Shown: positions 22,873 through 36,140, numbered from the whole stretch's first letter. The stretch: DNA of 63,932 bases, filler included, from Licmophora abbreviata (GCA_900291995.1; 13 parts of 13 records of this genome joined end to end with filler, not necessarily neighbours in it); one strand, 5' to 3'. Numbers and translations are program-made. The notes: generated by a model not told the origin, from the letters alone.

Positions 22873-25800
22873 CTATTCGTCCATAGATTCTAACTCCTTG
22901 ACCGCGATGGCGGCAGAAGCTAGCTTCTCCAGGAGTTCCGCGGCCTCCACCTGCTCATCCGCCGTGCCGGTGGACAGCGCAGCCGTGCATTCCTCCATAC
23001 GGTCATGAATGGATTCTAACGCTTCCGAGGCAACCGAACTGGCAACACTTACATCATCCGTCGTTGCATTTGCATTATTAATTCGCGGCGATCGCGGAGA
23101 AGACGGCGGCCGGCCCTGACGAGCCCTGCTCATCTCCTCGGGGCGGGGCGGTCGTCGCTTCGTGCGCGGTGGGAGCGGTTTAGTCGATTTAGACCCGGTC
23201 TTGTAGGCGACATCCTCTTCGCCACTGTACACCTTTGACATGACGTTCATAGTTCCTCCCGATGGCGACAAAACAATCTCCATTCCAGAGGGGTCGCGCT
23301 CAAGCGCTCGCTTCGTCCTCGTCCCGTTGTCTTCGACAGTAGAGAGACCAGATTCGGTTGGATTAGCATCACTTGCAGAAGCAACGCTGGTGGAAGACGT
23401 ATTTTTCGCGTCGGCAATTAGACTTCGGAGGGCTTCCTCATCATTCATATCGAAATCGAGGGGAATTTGAAGTGTCACCGAAGCATCCGACGATTCAGGC
23501 GCAGGCTCTTGAGCCGGCGGATCTTGTTTTTCCTCAACGGACTCGGAGCAGCCATGTGACTCAGGAGTCGTATCTGCTTTTGTACTGGCATCGGGATTGG
23601 GCACCTGTCCGTCAGGCATCGGTCCGCAGAGTACGCAACACTCTGAACCTGTTCCACCGGCGCTCATGAGAGGCATGACGCAAACAGGACAAGACATATC
23701 GAGCAGCTTCCAACCCTTCATCATTCTTTTTCCGATTTCCTTGCTGACCTTACTTCGCTTTGTTTCGAAGTCCTCCTTCAGCTCCTCAAGAGTCTTAGAC
23801 GAAGCAGCCGGAATACCCTCGTCTGACTGTGAGAGCCCCTTTGTAACGTCTGGGACGGGATCGTGGATCGTAGCGAGAGCAGCCACAGCATCCATCGGAG
23901 CTGGGGCAGCTTTGTCGTCCTCGTCAGTCGGTGCGTCGGTCATCTGAGAGGCCGTGTAGAGTCCGTCCTGTCCAGATCCAGTGCCGCCGCAGACGACACA
24001 CTCGATCTTCCCATCCAACGTAATTAGTGGGGGGTTGCCGCACTCGATCCCCTTGCAGAGTCGAGGCATCCTACAGCACAAAACGAGCGAGGGTGAGATG
24101 AGCGAATAGCAAGTAACATGGGAGACAAAAGACCAGCGGGTACCGACTTACATGGTCCAGCCTTCCAGCAGACGGTTCGTCATTGCCGATTGGCCTGCGG
24201 TTCGGAGATCTTCCCAGCGAGGCCCTGGGGCGGCGGAGGCCTTAAATGCTTCCGTCTCGGCACGGTCAATTTCTTCGGCTTCCGCAACGGCTTCACGTTC
24301 CGCGTCCGCTATCGTCTTAGCGAAGATTTCTTTTCGAGCTGTGGAAACATGTTCGAGAGCAGCTTTTGCATTTAGAACAGCTTCATCGGCCAACCGAGCC
24401 TTCTCGTGAGCCTCTGTTTCAAGCTTCCCAATCAATTCAGCCTCCTCCATTGCTTTCTTCTGGTCTGCAAATGCTTTGGCTTCAATATCGGCTTCGAAGC
24501 GAGCATCTTCTGCTTCCTTCAGTACGGCAGCTCGGCTAGCTTCGTCCTGGAGGCGTTGCAATGCCTCTTCGCGAGATGTTCCCTGTGAGGACGAACCCAC
24601 GCCGAGCTTTTCCTCAATTTCAGCAAGACGACGCGTCTCTTCCAACAAGCTTTCCTTCTCGTCGGTGAGACCCGCGTCAGCAAGAAGTTTGGCTTCATAG
24701 TCGAGACGCGCTTCCTCGGCAAGTCGTGCCTCTTCCGCGGCCTCTTCCGCAGCTTCATCCTTGGTTGCTTCCTTGGCCCAGGTCTCCAATTCGCGGTCGG
24801 TAGTGCTTTGACGTTCGATTTCGTCGTGAAGAGCCTTTTCTTGTTCAGCTCGCTTGAGGGTCTTCTTAGCCTTCTGGAGCAAGACAGGGCAGACGACGCA
24901 ATCAATCTTCTGATCGAATTCCATCAGCGGCATGTTGCAGCGCTCGCACACATCGTCTCGCAACGTGTAGCCGAGCAAGACTTTGGCGCCCAACACCTTC
25001 GTGGCAATCTGACGGCTGTCGCGTCAAAAGGTCGAGAGTAAAGTAGTGTGAGCACTCAGTATTGCAACTGTGGCGAGAGCTCGTTCACATGTTTCAGTTT
25101 CCGTCTGTACTTACCGGAGACTGAACTCTTTGAATTCTGCTTCGGCTGCCACTTCAATCGGATCACGTTCATCCTCCTCCTCTTCTTCTTCTTCTTGTTC
25201 CTTCTCGTCGGGGGAACCCTGTCCCTCGAACGTTGTTGCGGATTCGGAAGACAGCCCCGTCAAATGAATGTCTGGGATCACCTTTTCTGCCAGCTCGAGA
25301 TCGTTCTCGTTCGTAGGGCTGATGATGTCCGCACTTGCAACAGGGACCATGTGATCAGAGGTGGCCGGAATGATTACCGGGTCTTGGTGCTCTTCCTCCT
25401 TGGTGGGGGCCTCTTCTCCTTCCACCTCTTCGTCTTCGGCATCGTCCTTGTCTGCCAAGGTGGGAGCACGGCAGTCTCTTCAACAATCACAGGTGGAACT
25501 TCCATCTTGATTGTGTCTTCCGCGACATTGCGCAAGGCAGATTTAGATCCGCACGCGCAAAACGAAGTTGTCGTGGTGGCCTCTTGTTTGGGCGCAATGG
25601 CGTCAGCATCTTCCTTGACGTCTTCGACGATTGTCTCCGGTTCCTTTGGACTCTTCGTCTGAGGAGTCTCGTCAATGGGGCAGTCGGGTTCGAGTTGACG
25701 TAGCTTCTCACTGAGCAGGCGTTCCATTTGGCCGTTGTTAGCTTCGCTGTTGGCGGAATCGCCGTCCGACGAAGACTGCGTCGAGGCAGGTTCGAGAGCA

Positions 25801-25910
25801 GCCGGCCCGGATGCCTCGTCGACTTCCCTCGTTTCGGTACGAGGGTTCTTGAGGACGTCCTGTCCGCTCGGACGACTGCTCCCGAAGATGGCCGAGAAGG
25901 TTGACGACAT
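22873..25910 (-). CDS. Acidic coiled-coil protein with three SSSCA1/ZNRD2-like zinc ribbons; introns 25016-25114 and 24071-24151; apparent frameshift near 25460
   Basis: Three repeats of G[YW]xx...C..C..PL...CV[VL]C: LLGYTLRDDVCERCNMPLM..CVVC, LEGWTMMPRLCKGIECGNPPL..CVVC, MKGWKLLDMSCPVCVMPLM..CVLC. Confidence 0.75.
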
Positions 25911-26509
25911 GGTGCTGCGAAGGAGACTTGGTCGCGTTCGTTTTACGTTGCTGTCAATGGCGATCAATGGATTACACCTATCCTATGATACAATCACTAC
26001 AATGGCCGTCACAAGACTTCTTCTTCTATCGCCTTTGGCGAAGCGCGCGAAGAAAGTGAGCAGATATTTCGGCGATAGGTCTTGCGCTGCAACGGAGAAG
26101 CTCGGAATATACTTAGGAGTCTAACTGTTATATACTTCAGGAATGTTAATAAGTATTTACATCGCCAGATCGGCTTGCGGGAGTCGCCTCATTTAATAAA
26201 ATATACAAAAAGGCAGTACTATATAAAAATTCTGTTATGTATAGATAGTTAGGTATGTAAACAATTATTCCTCACAAACCACTTGAATGCAGTATCTTCA
26301 TACTCGAATTATACTTAAAAAATGTCATAGCATCAGCAACTCGTGACCCGGCTGAATACCTGGTACTCGTGACTCACGCAATGGCTGTTCCGCCGGTCAC
26401 CGCTCTTGTTCAGACTTTCGACCGCCGACGGTTCCGTTCCATGGCGGCGTAAAACTGTCACTGAAGTCCACTTAGTCTACGCTTTCGCTGACCCATTCTC
26501 CTCTTCGCC

Positions 26510-29500
26510 ATGGCTCTTTCTATCCCGCTCGAAACGAGCGAGTCAGACGATCGCAAGTATCACTACATGACGCTCCCAAACTCACTCCGAGTGCTCCTGA
26601 TTTCAGATCCGTCCACCGACAAGTCCAGCGCCGGCATGGACGTCGGGGTCGGCCAGTATTCAGATTCCATACCGGGACTAGCTCATTTTCTTGAGCACAT
26701 GGTGAGCAGAAAGTGAAAGGAAGTCAACGTGCAGTGCTGTAGCTCGTGTGGGGTCTCACTCTCGCCTGATTTCAAAACTTTTTCCCCCAAAACTACAGCT
26801 CTTCATGGGCACCTCCAAGTACCCCGACGAAAACGACTACCAGGCCTTCTTGAGTTCGCACGGTGGCAATTCCAACGCATTTACGGATCTCGAACATACA
26901 AACTATTACTTTGACGTCAGCAGTAGTAGTTTATACGGTGCACTGGATCGATTCGCCCAGTTCTTTGTGCATCCTCTGCTACTGGAAGGATCCATCGATA
27001 GAGAACTGCAGGCGGTCGACAGTGAGCATGCCAAGAACAAGCAAAGTGACTTCTGGCGGTTCTTTCAATTGAGTAAAACACTGTGTCGTAAGGACCATCC
27101 TTACAGTAACTTTGGCTCGGGGTGTTTGGAAACACTTCAGCAGGAAAACATTCGAGACGAACTACTTCAATTCTATAAGAAATACTACTCTGCTCATCGA
27201 ATGACGCTGACCGTACTGGGCGCGGAGTCCATTGAGGAACTACAAGCGTGGACAGAGGAATTGTTTGGAGATGTGCCATGTCACGAGAATCCGACAGCCT
27301 TGACGTTTCCCGGCAAGCCGTACACGGATACGGAACTTGGCAAACGAGTTCACATCGTACCCGTCAAGGAACACACCATGACGCTCGACATGATGTTTGT
27401 CATGCCAGAAATGCAGTCGTCGTATCTGTCCAAGCCGACTCAGTACTTGTCGCATTTGCTGGGACATGAAGGCAAGGGCAGTATACTATCGCTATTGAAA
27501 GAAAAACATTGGGCGCACGAATTGTCGGCGGGGACAGCGCGGAGTTGCAGCGATTGGAGCAGCTTCGTTGTGAGCATTCATCTCACGTTAGAAGGACTAC
27601 AGTGCGTGGAGCAAGTATTGGAAGTGGTTTTTGCTTATTTAAACATGCTGCGAGAGGTGGGACCGCAAGAGTGGGTGCACGAGGAAACTTCGACCGTGGC
27701 GGACTGTTCGTTTCGGTTCTTGTCCAAGCGGGATCCAATGGACTAGTGAGTAACAAGTGTCTGCTCGTGTGTGTTGAACCTGGGTGTGCCTGCGCACAAT
27801 ATCATACTTAGTGCGGCTGTTCGACTTTGTTATTTCACTTCAGCGCGTCGTCGGTTGCTGGATTCATGCACCTGTACTCGCCTGAGCACACTCTGTCCGG
27901 ACCCTACAAGATTCGCCAGTACGATCCTGAAAACATTGCGCAGGTGAGAAAGATAGATGAAATTCAGTGCTTCTGACATTTAGTTCCTTAAAATTGATGG
28001 GCTCACAATTTGCTCTCTTCTTTTTTCGCAGTGTCTGTCGTACATGACCCCGCAGAATATGATTGTCATGATCGCCGCCAAGGAGTTTGAGGAAAGCGCT
28101 TCGCTGACGGAAAAGTGGTATGGCACCAAGTATACGGTATCCGACGTGGAACCTACGCTGATGCAGACTCTGCAGATTGCATCCGTTGAAACCGACTGGA
28201 TGGAACCGAAACTCACTTTACCTGAAAGAAACGACATGATTCCGACGGACTTCTCGTTGCGCAGCGTCGACGCCGTCCCGACGGACCAGCCGACGCTCCT
28301 AGAGGATACGGGCACCTGCCGCCTATGGTACAAACCAGATAACGTGTTCAACATGCCCAAAGTCAATTTCATGGCCAATTTGCGGACGGCTGTCGCGTAT
28401 GAGTCGCCCGAAGCCACCGTCTTGACGGCTCTGTGGACGAATGTCTTGGAAGAACATTGTAACGAGTTTACCTACCTCGCTTCCATGGCAGGCTTGCACT
28501 GTTACTTTGCCAACTCTCGGACAGGCGTCGAAGTCCACGTAAGTGGCTACAATCATAAAGTGAACGTGTTGATTCAACGCGTCGTCCGAACGGTGCAGGA
28601 TCTCTCTGAGCATTTGACGGACGAGCTCTTTCAACGTCTGTGCAACAAACTGCAGGAAGAGTTTCAGAGTTTTCTCTTCTCTCAGCCGTACCAGCATGCC
28701 TTTTATGGAGCAAGCTTATGCTGCATGGATCGCAAGTGGACCGTGGAGGAGAAATTGGAAGCATTGCAGGGATTGACACGGAACAAGCTCATTGAATTCT
28801 CAAACCGCCTCTTATCAAGGTTTCACATGGAAGTGTTAGTCCATGGCAATGCTTCCCCCGACGAAGCCAAGCGAATGACCGATACAGTGCTGGATGGTCT
28901 GAAGCCGTCGACTCCATTTGTGTCCAACTTGCCCCAAACCCGCGTCGTTCAGCTCAAGGCTGGCACGGACACGATTTATCGCTTTCGCGAGTTCAATCGC
29001 GAAAATACCAACCATGCTATCAAGGTCTTGTATCAGATTGGCCCCATGAGTCTCGCCACCAACGCGACTCTCGCCCTGCTGCACCATTTTGTCAAAGAAC
29101 CGGCGTTCAATGAGCTGCGCACCGAAGAGCAGCTTGGATACATTGTTCACACAAGCATTGATACGATGGGCGACGACGTGAAGGGACTCTTGTTTCTGAT
29201 ACAGAGTGATTCGTATGATCCGATTCACTTGGATGAGCGCGTTGAGGCGTTCTTGGAGCGATTCCGGACGAAACTCGTGATGATGTCGGCGGACGAGTTT
29301 CAAAGCAATGTTCAGGCGGTCGTCAATAATTTCCTGGAGAAGAACAAGAATCTGGGAGAAGAGAGCAGCAAATACTGGCAGGTTGTGACGAATCGGACCT
29401 ACCTCTTTCGCAAGCATCAAATGATTGCTGAGGAGGTTTCGAAACTCTCAAAGGAAGCGGCACTGCGGTTGTTTGATCGCCATTTGAGCAAGGGAGCTCC

Positions 29501-29678
29501 ATGTCGTCAGAAACTATCCGTGCAAGTCTTTGCTGGGGAGGTAATTGAAGACGTAAAGGCCGATGAGGTGTTGGTCAAGGACGAGGACGTGGTTGAGTTC
29601 AAACGAGGACTGCATCTGTTCCCACTGGCGAAGTCTGTTGACGTGACGGATATGGCATTCGATGGTTTCGTTAAGTGA
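26510..29678 (+). CDS. IDE: Insulin-degrading enzyme-like M16A metallopeptidase; introns 26702-26798, 27746-27843, 27944-28031
   Basis: GLAHFLEHMLFMGTSKYP (HxxEH), NAFT, LLGHEGKGS, LRTEEQLGY. Confidence 0.95.
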
Positions 29679-29897
29679 GCAAAGAGAGCAGTCCCCAACC
29701 AGAACAAGTAGAAGGACAGACAAAATCAGTTTCAACTGTAGATGTTTGAAGTTTTAGTCTAGCCCGTCTTTGTGCTGTATGGGAACGGGAAGGTCGCNNN
29801 NNNNNNNNNNNNNNNNNNNNNNNNNNNNNNNNNNNNNNNNNTTAATTAATTAANNNNNNNNNNNNNNNNNNNNNNNNNNNNNNNNNNNNNNNNNNNN

Positions 29898-30686
29898 AAG
29901 GAGGGCGTGGGACTACTCAGCAAGATCAAAGTTGCCTCTGCTATGTCGAGCATTCTGCCGTTGTTGTCGAAGCTCCTCCCATTCAAGGACGAGACTACGA
30001 CTGACTCACTGGAGAAGCATTGGTGGTACGCCTTCCAACTGGCTTCGCTCACATTTGGTCTGACTCTCATCCTAGAGCTCTATTCGCTCGACACGAGTCG
30101 TGCTGTACTGAAGCAGGACGCTGGACTGTACAAGAGTGCGGTTTGGATGAATCTTCGGAACCATTACTTGTATGGTACGCTAATCTATACGGTTGCCGCT
30201 ACTTGGTTTGTACAAGAAGACAGGAGCAGTGTTGTACACCGAGCGACGAGCACTGTTGGTATCATTGCGATTCATTCACTCTGGTACTATGTAGTCCATC
30301 GCTGGTTTCATTCCAACAAGAGGATGTACAGATATCACGCCTATCATCATCAGTTCTTCGAGCATGTCCCTCCTATGTCAGCGAATGCCGTCAGTACAGT
30401 GGAGTATGTCTTGGCCTACATTTTGCCGTTTGCTGGCGCCATATTCATTGCGCAACCCGACAGCGTTGCACTTCGTATCAGTGTCGCCATTGTTGCAACT
30501 TGTAATCTCTTGATTCATACGCCTAAACTCGAACAGCTTTCCATGCAAGTTGTTCCACCTTACTTGGTTTCGACGAATGACCACCTCGAGCATCATCGTA
30601 AGACAAACGTCAAGTATGCGGCGCCAACCATTAACGTTGACTACTTTGTAAAGAGGGGATGGACGAACAAGAAGAAGGAAGTGTAG
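29898..30686 (+). CDS. Fatty acid hydroxylase / sterol desaturase family protein, possibly 5'-partial
   Basis: Histidine boxes HRWFH, HAYHH, LIH and HLEHH, with TM segments. Confidence 0.8.
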   Translation, partial: KEGVGLLSKIKVASAMSSILPLLSKLLPFKDETTTDSLEKHWWYAFQLASLTFGLTLILELYSLDTSRAVLKQDAGLYKSAVWMNLRNHYLYGTLIYTVAATWFVQEDRSSVVHRATSTVGIIAIHSLWYYVVHRWFHSNKRMYRYHAYHHQFFEHVPPMSANAVSTVEYVLAYILPFAGAIFIAQPDSVALRISVAIVATCNLLIHTPKLEQLSMQVVPPYLVSTNDHLEHHRKTNVKYAAPTINVDYFVKRGWTNKKKEV

Positions 30687-31220
30687 AAGAGGTACTACTT
30701 AGTCGAAAAGTGCAAGTCGAAGCGAAGAGAGGTGCACCGGGAACGTTCGAAGCAGAAGTGGAATTGGGCGGCGGGTGCATATGAAGTACTGTAATGGCTC
30801 TGAAGCTAGCTGGAGAAAGTAAGTAGTTGTGAATTCCTATCAATCCGTGCTCTAGCCACTGGTATGAAGACTATGCACTAATACCTTTCAACCAACAAAA
30901 GTCAGGCAGCGCTCCCAGTCAATGTAGATCCCCCAGAACACCNNNNNNNNNNNNNNNNNNNNNNNNNNNNNNNNNNNNNNNNNNNNTTAATTAATTAANN
31001 NNNNNNNNNNNNNNNNNNNNNNNNNNNNNNNNNNNNNNNNNNTAATTTCGATATGAAATTCGCGTGATGAGAAAGTTCTACAAGTCGTACGGTATGATAC
31101 AAGCATTCCGGATTCCGTTGGCGTGCCCTGTCAGAGTTCTAGTCGGACGCCTAGCTCGACAAGGATGAACAACAACCACAAATTGAAGCAACCGGCCTCC
31201 TAGCTACTGTGCCTTGTTCT

Positions 31221-31273
31221 CCTCTCAACTCTTCCTCGTCGTTCACCTCTCAACTCTTCCTCGTCGTTCACCT
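31221..31273 (+). repeat. Perfect 25-bp tandem duplication upstream of DUS1
   Basis: CCTCTCAACTCTTCCTCGTCGTTCA twice, plus CCT. Confidence 0.95.
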
Positions 31274-31387
31274 AACTAAGAATGCAGACTCAGTTTTGCA
31301 AGCGCGACCAGAAAGGACTGAAGAAAAAAGTCTAGCCTGCACCAAAAATTAGGAGTTCCGAATTTGAAACGTGACCGCAGACACACG

Positions 31388-32704
31388 ATGACCGCTACCG
31401 CCAACCTCCTTTCGCACCCCGTGGACGACCAAAAAAAGGAGGACATTGACACTGTCTCTGCCTCTGCTCCCATATTTCCTTCCAATTGGCTCCAGAAACT
31501 TCTTGAGAAGCACCCGAACCCTTCCACGCCGCCGGATCTCACAAACAAGGCTTTGTGCGTCGCTCCCATGGTCGATCAGAGCGACTTGCCGTTTCGATTG
31601 TTGTGTCGCAAGTATGGAGCCAATATCGCCGTGACGCCGATGATTCATTGTAGACTATTCTGTACGAAACCAGGATACCAAGAGCGATTTATGGATTTGG
31701 TGCATGGCACGCCCAAAACAGATCGTCCGGTGCTGGCACAGTTGTGTGGTAGCGACATTCAGTACGTACTGAAAACGGCCAAACTTCTCGAGCCGCATGT
31801 CGACGGGATTGACTTGAACTGTGGCTGTCCACAGAACATTGCCAAAAAAGGAAACTATGGAGCCTTTCTGTTGGAACAGCCCAAGGAACTACTGGCGTTG
31901 GTCAAGATGCTCAGCCGTGAGCTGGCAATCCCACTAAGTGTCAAGGTGCGAATCTTATTGAGCGGCGTGGAGGAGTCGTTGCAGCTCTACCAAGGGCTAG
32001 TGAAGAATGGCGCTAGTATGATAACAATTCATGGTCGAACACGATTGCAAAAGGGACTGGAAACAGGTCATGCCGATTGGGATACCATCAAACGAGCGGT
32101 CGAACTGCTCCATCCCACCCCCGTGCTGGCAAATGGGAGTATGCAAAACTTGGATGATGTTCGGGAGTGCTTGCAGAGTACTAATGCAGCGGGAGTTATG
32201 TGCAGCGAGGCGTTGCTGGAGTATCCAGCTCTTTTCATGGAAACCAATGTACAGTCGACCAACTACAAGCGCGTCGGACCCGGGCGATTGCAGTTGGCGC
32301 AAGAATATATGGCTCTGGCAACCAGATACCCACCTCACATTGGAGGACAAGGCCGAAAGAATCGATGTATCCGTATGCATTTGCATCGAATATTGCATGC
32401 CGATTTACAGACGCGCGCTACACATTTACGTACCAAGATTTCCGAATCGCAGTCAATGCAGGACATGCAGGATGCGATTGATGAGTTGCGTGATATCCAT
32501 GCACGCATGGATCATGTCGTCGAAGACGAAGAGCTATCGTGGTATGTGCGACATCGCTTGCAGGATGAAGAGGATACCAGCTGTCAGCAGGCCGATGGAG
32601 GAGTGGGACAACGGGTCCAGGTCGATCCTGATGACGACGACAATGGCGGCTCTGTAGCTGGATTGTTTGGCAGCAGCTGCATGGATGAGGCTGGCGATTA
32701 CTAG
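31388..32704 (+). CDS. DUS1: tRNA-dihydrouridine synthase, DUS1-like
   Basis: APMVDQSDLPFR, DRPVLAQLCG, DLNCGCPQNIAKKGNYGAFL, IHGRT, LANG. Confidence 0.9.
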   Translation: MTATANLLSHPVDDQKKEDIDTVSASAPIFPSNWLQKLLEKHPNPSTPPDLTNKALCVAPMVDQSDLPFRLLCRKYGANIAVTPMIHCRLFCTKPGYQERFMDLVHGTPKTDRPVLAQLCGSDIQYVLKTAKLLEPHVDGIDLNCGCPQNIAKKGNYGAFLLEQPKELLALVKMLSRELAIPLSVKVRILLSGVEESLQLYQGLVKNGASMITIHGRTRLQKGLETGHADWDTIKRAVELLHPTPVLANGSMQNLDDVRECLQSTNAAGVMCSEALLEYPALFMETNVQSTNYKRVGPGRLQLAQEYMALATRYPPHIGGQGRKNRCIRMHLHRILHADLQTRATHLRTKISESQSMQDMQDAIDELRDIHARMDHVVEDEELSWYVRHRLQDEEDTSCQQADGGVGQRVQVDPDDDDNGGSVAGLFGSSCMDEAGDY

Positions 32705-32818
32705 CTTGTCTAGACCTATACGGCTAATGTCAATTGAAATCAATCTTTAAAAAATGAAAGAGCCAAGGGCGCGTCTTCAACTGTGTATTGTAGAGCGACA
32801 ATATGACAGTCCTAGTCG

Positions 32819-34727
32819 CTACCACCCGTCAATCTTTTTACTCAAATACGACATGACTTCATCAACAGGAATGCGCACCTGCTCTGTCGAATCGCGATCC
32901 CGAATCGTCACAGCATTATCTTTCTCAATCGTATCGAAATCCACTGTAATGCAAAATGGCGTCCCCACTTCGTCAGCCCTTCGGTAACGTCGTCCGATCG
33001 CTCCCGTTGCGTCCCACGAGACATTCCATCGCATCCGCAACTGGTCAAACAGCCCTCGCGCCGCACTGACGAGCTCCGGTTTGTTCTTTACAAGTGGCAA
33101 TATGCTGGCCTTGATTGGAGCCACTTTGGGATGGAATTTCAAGAATGTTCGCTTGTCACCGCCAATCTCGTCTTCGGCATATGCAGAGCAAATGAGTGCC
33201 AATATGAGTCGATCGACTCCCAGCGATGGTTCAATACAGTGGGGCACAAACTTCTCTTTGGTTTGCTCATCAAAGTATTCGAGATCTATGGCGATGTTGA
33301 TGAAGAAAGGGAAAAGATAAGAACGGCCACATCACACGTTCCATGCACGGACATCTCCCATAGACTCACTCTTTCCAGAACCTTTGGAGTGCTGCTGCAA
33401 GTCATAATCCCCACGCGCCGCAATTCCCATAAGTTCTTGCGTCCCAAACGGAAATCGAAACGAAATATCCGTACAGGCCCGTGCATAGTGCGCTAGCTTA
33501 TCATCCTCATGAACATCCCAGTCCAACAAGTCCGACCGTAACCCCACAACATTCTCCAGAAAGTCGCGACTCGCTTCCATCCACTGTTCATGATAGGGTT
33601 TCCATACACTCTCATCGCCGGGTGGAATGAAATACTCGACTTCCATCTGCTCAAATTCGCGACTTCGGAAAATAAAGTTTCGGGGCGTAATTTCGTTTCG
33701 AAAGGCCTTGCCCATTTGTGCAATCCCAAATGGAATCTTTTGTCGAGACGTTGTGAGGGCGTTTTTGAAATTCAGAAAGATGCCCTGCGCCGTTTCAGGA
33801 CGAAGATAGGCGGTACTACTAGCATCTGTCGCCGCGCCGACGTTCGTCTGAAACATCAAGTTGAATTCACGAGGACTCGTCAGTGTCGGCTTTCCACTCG
33901 CGGGCGACGGAATGCGTGTCATTTCTTCCTCTGTCGCTTCCACCAGTTCTCGCAAGACAAACGTTTCATACTTGGTATTTGAAGGCAAGTCGTTTTCCTT
34001 GAGCAGTTTCTTGGCCTGCTTTGCTGCTTCCTTCATCATTTCGCTCTCATTACCCTCCTGCACGCAAACAAAACCTAGAACAGATTCGTCTTCGCTAAGA
34101 GCGACAGGACCGTACAGCAACTGATCGGCACGAAAACGGAGTTTTGTCTCCTTGCAGTCCACCATGGGGTCACTAAATCCATCCAAGTGTCCTATAGAAT
34201 AAAACAGCAGAACACCGAAAGGATGGGGGCGTAAGAGCTGGCTCGTGAACAACCGGGTGCACCACTCCCTCCCGTGCACGCGACGGCAGAAACTCACCAC
34301 TACTTTGCCACGTGGCTGGATTGTGAATAATGCTACTGTCCAGCCCGACAACATCCTCCCGTCGCGTAACGAAATGAGACCACCACAGATTCTTGACGTT
34401 ATTTTTGAGCTCCACCCCCAGCGGTCCGTAGTCGTAAAATCCAGCATAGCCATTGTAAATGTCTGAAGAAGGAAAGATGAAGCCGCGTCTTTTGCAAAGA
34501 CTGACAAGATCGTCCATCGAAAGTTCGTCATAGGCATTCTCATTGACAATGGGAACCTTGGATGTCGCTTCCTTGGCAGTGTCGGTGGATGCGGAAAAGA
34601 GTCTTGTCGTGGCTGTTGAAACGACGGCACGTCGCCGCGAAACAGCTCGAAATGATGACAGAGAGAAGGCCATGCTGCTCGTTGCCAGCCAAGCGGGGAC
34701 CAAGCACAAGTGCAGCAGTCGAATCAT
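32819..34727 (-). CDS. GARS: Glycyl-tRNA synthetase (homodimeric type), organellar; introns 34192-34297 and 33286-33369
   Basis: [67 protein letters not shown]; signal peptide ending SMAF. Confidence 0.95.
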
Positions 34728-35125
34728 ATGAAAGAGTAGAGGGGAGATTTCAAGATGAAGATAGCCAAAGCTACGCTGCAGGTGAGATGGTTGCGTCGTA
34801 CTCCAGTATACTGCTCCAAGTCTCTGCTCTTCCGAATTTTGATGTGTGTGTGTTCGAATGTTGTGGTGTGTGTGTTGGCGGGAAAACGTCACAGCTTCCC
34901 CGTTCCCTTTTTTGGAGCGACGGACGGTCCTTGACCACCCAAACGTCTGTCTATCGCTACTGAAACACTATGGTCTGTCATCTGTCCACGATCCCGATGT
35001 GTTGCTTACCACTTACTCGAGTACTACATACGGCGTACAGTCAGTACTAAGTGTACAGCAACCACATCTCCCGCCGCAAATCTCTTAATTTCCACACCAC
35101 CCGCAAGGCGAAAACTGTGGCGACC

Positions 35126-35814
35126 ATGACGTAAGTTTGAGCGGCGTTTGACGCTTCTGCGGCGTAACGGATACGACGGGATATAGGAGAGTGGTTTAGA
35201 GATGAACGAAGGAAAAGAAAGCGAACGAAAGCACGCAGAAATGAAATTTACTCGTGACCGCCCTGCCTCCCCGATGTCTGTCCGTGTGCGTGGCATGTCG
35301 ACGCTACGATCCGCTTCCACGGTCAATGCATGTACAGCACTCATTTCCTCACCTAACTCTCACTAATTTTTAACGAACACACAGTGAAGCAAATGAAGTT
35401 GCCCCATTGGGACCCACGGTGCGAGAGGGAGAAGATGTCTTTGGCGTCGCCCACTTGTTTGCTTCCTTCAATGATACCTTTGTCCATGTCACGGATCTCT
35501 CTGGACGCGAAACTCTCGTCCGAGTCACGGGAGGCATGAAAGTCAAGGCCGATCGCGATGAGTCCTCGCCCTACGCTGCCATGTTGGCGGCACAAGATGT
35601 CGCGGTGCGATGCAAAGAATTGGGTATTACCGCGCTTCATATCAAAGTCCGTGGGACGGGTGGAAACAAGTCGCGATCGCCGGGACCGGGAGCGCAGAGT
35701 GCCTTGCGAGCGTTGGCGCGAAATGGAATGAAGATCGGCCGCATCGAAGATGTCACGCCCATTCCCAGTGATAGTACTCGTCGCAAGTCGGGACGTCGTG
35801 GAAGACGTCTGTAA
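35126..35814 (+). CDS. RPS14: 40S ribosomal protein S14 (uS11); intron 35131-35384
   Basis: [53 protein letters not shown]; micro first exon ATGAC|GTAAGT. Confidence 0.97.
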
Positions 35815-36017
35815 ACGCGAGGGTTGTTCTTTACAAATAATAGTGAACTGAGCAATCTAGCTACTTGGTAGTGCCAATCGCGCGACTAGCTAGTACAGTA
35901 CGACAGACTGCTGATAGNNNNNNNNNNNNNNNNNNNNNNNNNNNNNNNNNNNNNNNNNNNNTTAATTAATTAANNNNNNNNNNNNNNNNNNNNNNNNNNN
36001 NNNNNNNNNNNNNNNNN

Positions 36018-36140
36018 AGGCCGTCGATGTCTTTGAATGTGACCGTTTCAGTAATGTCATCCTCCCCACCAGCATAGTTGGTGCGAGCGTCACGACCACC
36101 CGGGTACTGGCCTTTGCCCTCGAGAACGACTTGTTCCCTT
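36018..36140 (-). other. Inverted internal fragment of an alkaline-phosphatase-like paralog
   Basis: Reverse strand reads REQVVLEGKGQYPGGRDARTNYAGGEDDITETVTFKDIDG, aligning with + strand 38491-38615. Confidence 0.85.

Noticed and set aside
26125..26340. AT-rich island as foreign DNA
   Set aside because: Lies between divergent genes and fits an ordinary bidirectional promoter
31388..35814. DUS1-GlyRS-RPS14 as a translation gene cluster
   Set aside because: Products are predicted for different compartments and such genes are abundant; chance adjacency is sufficient
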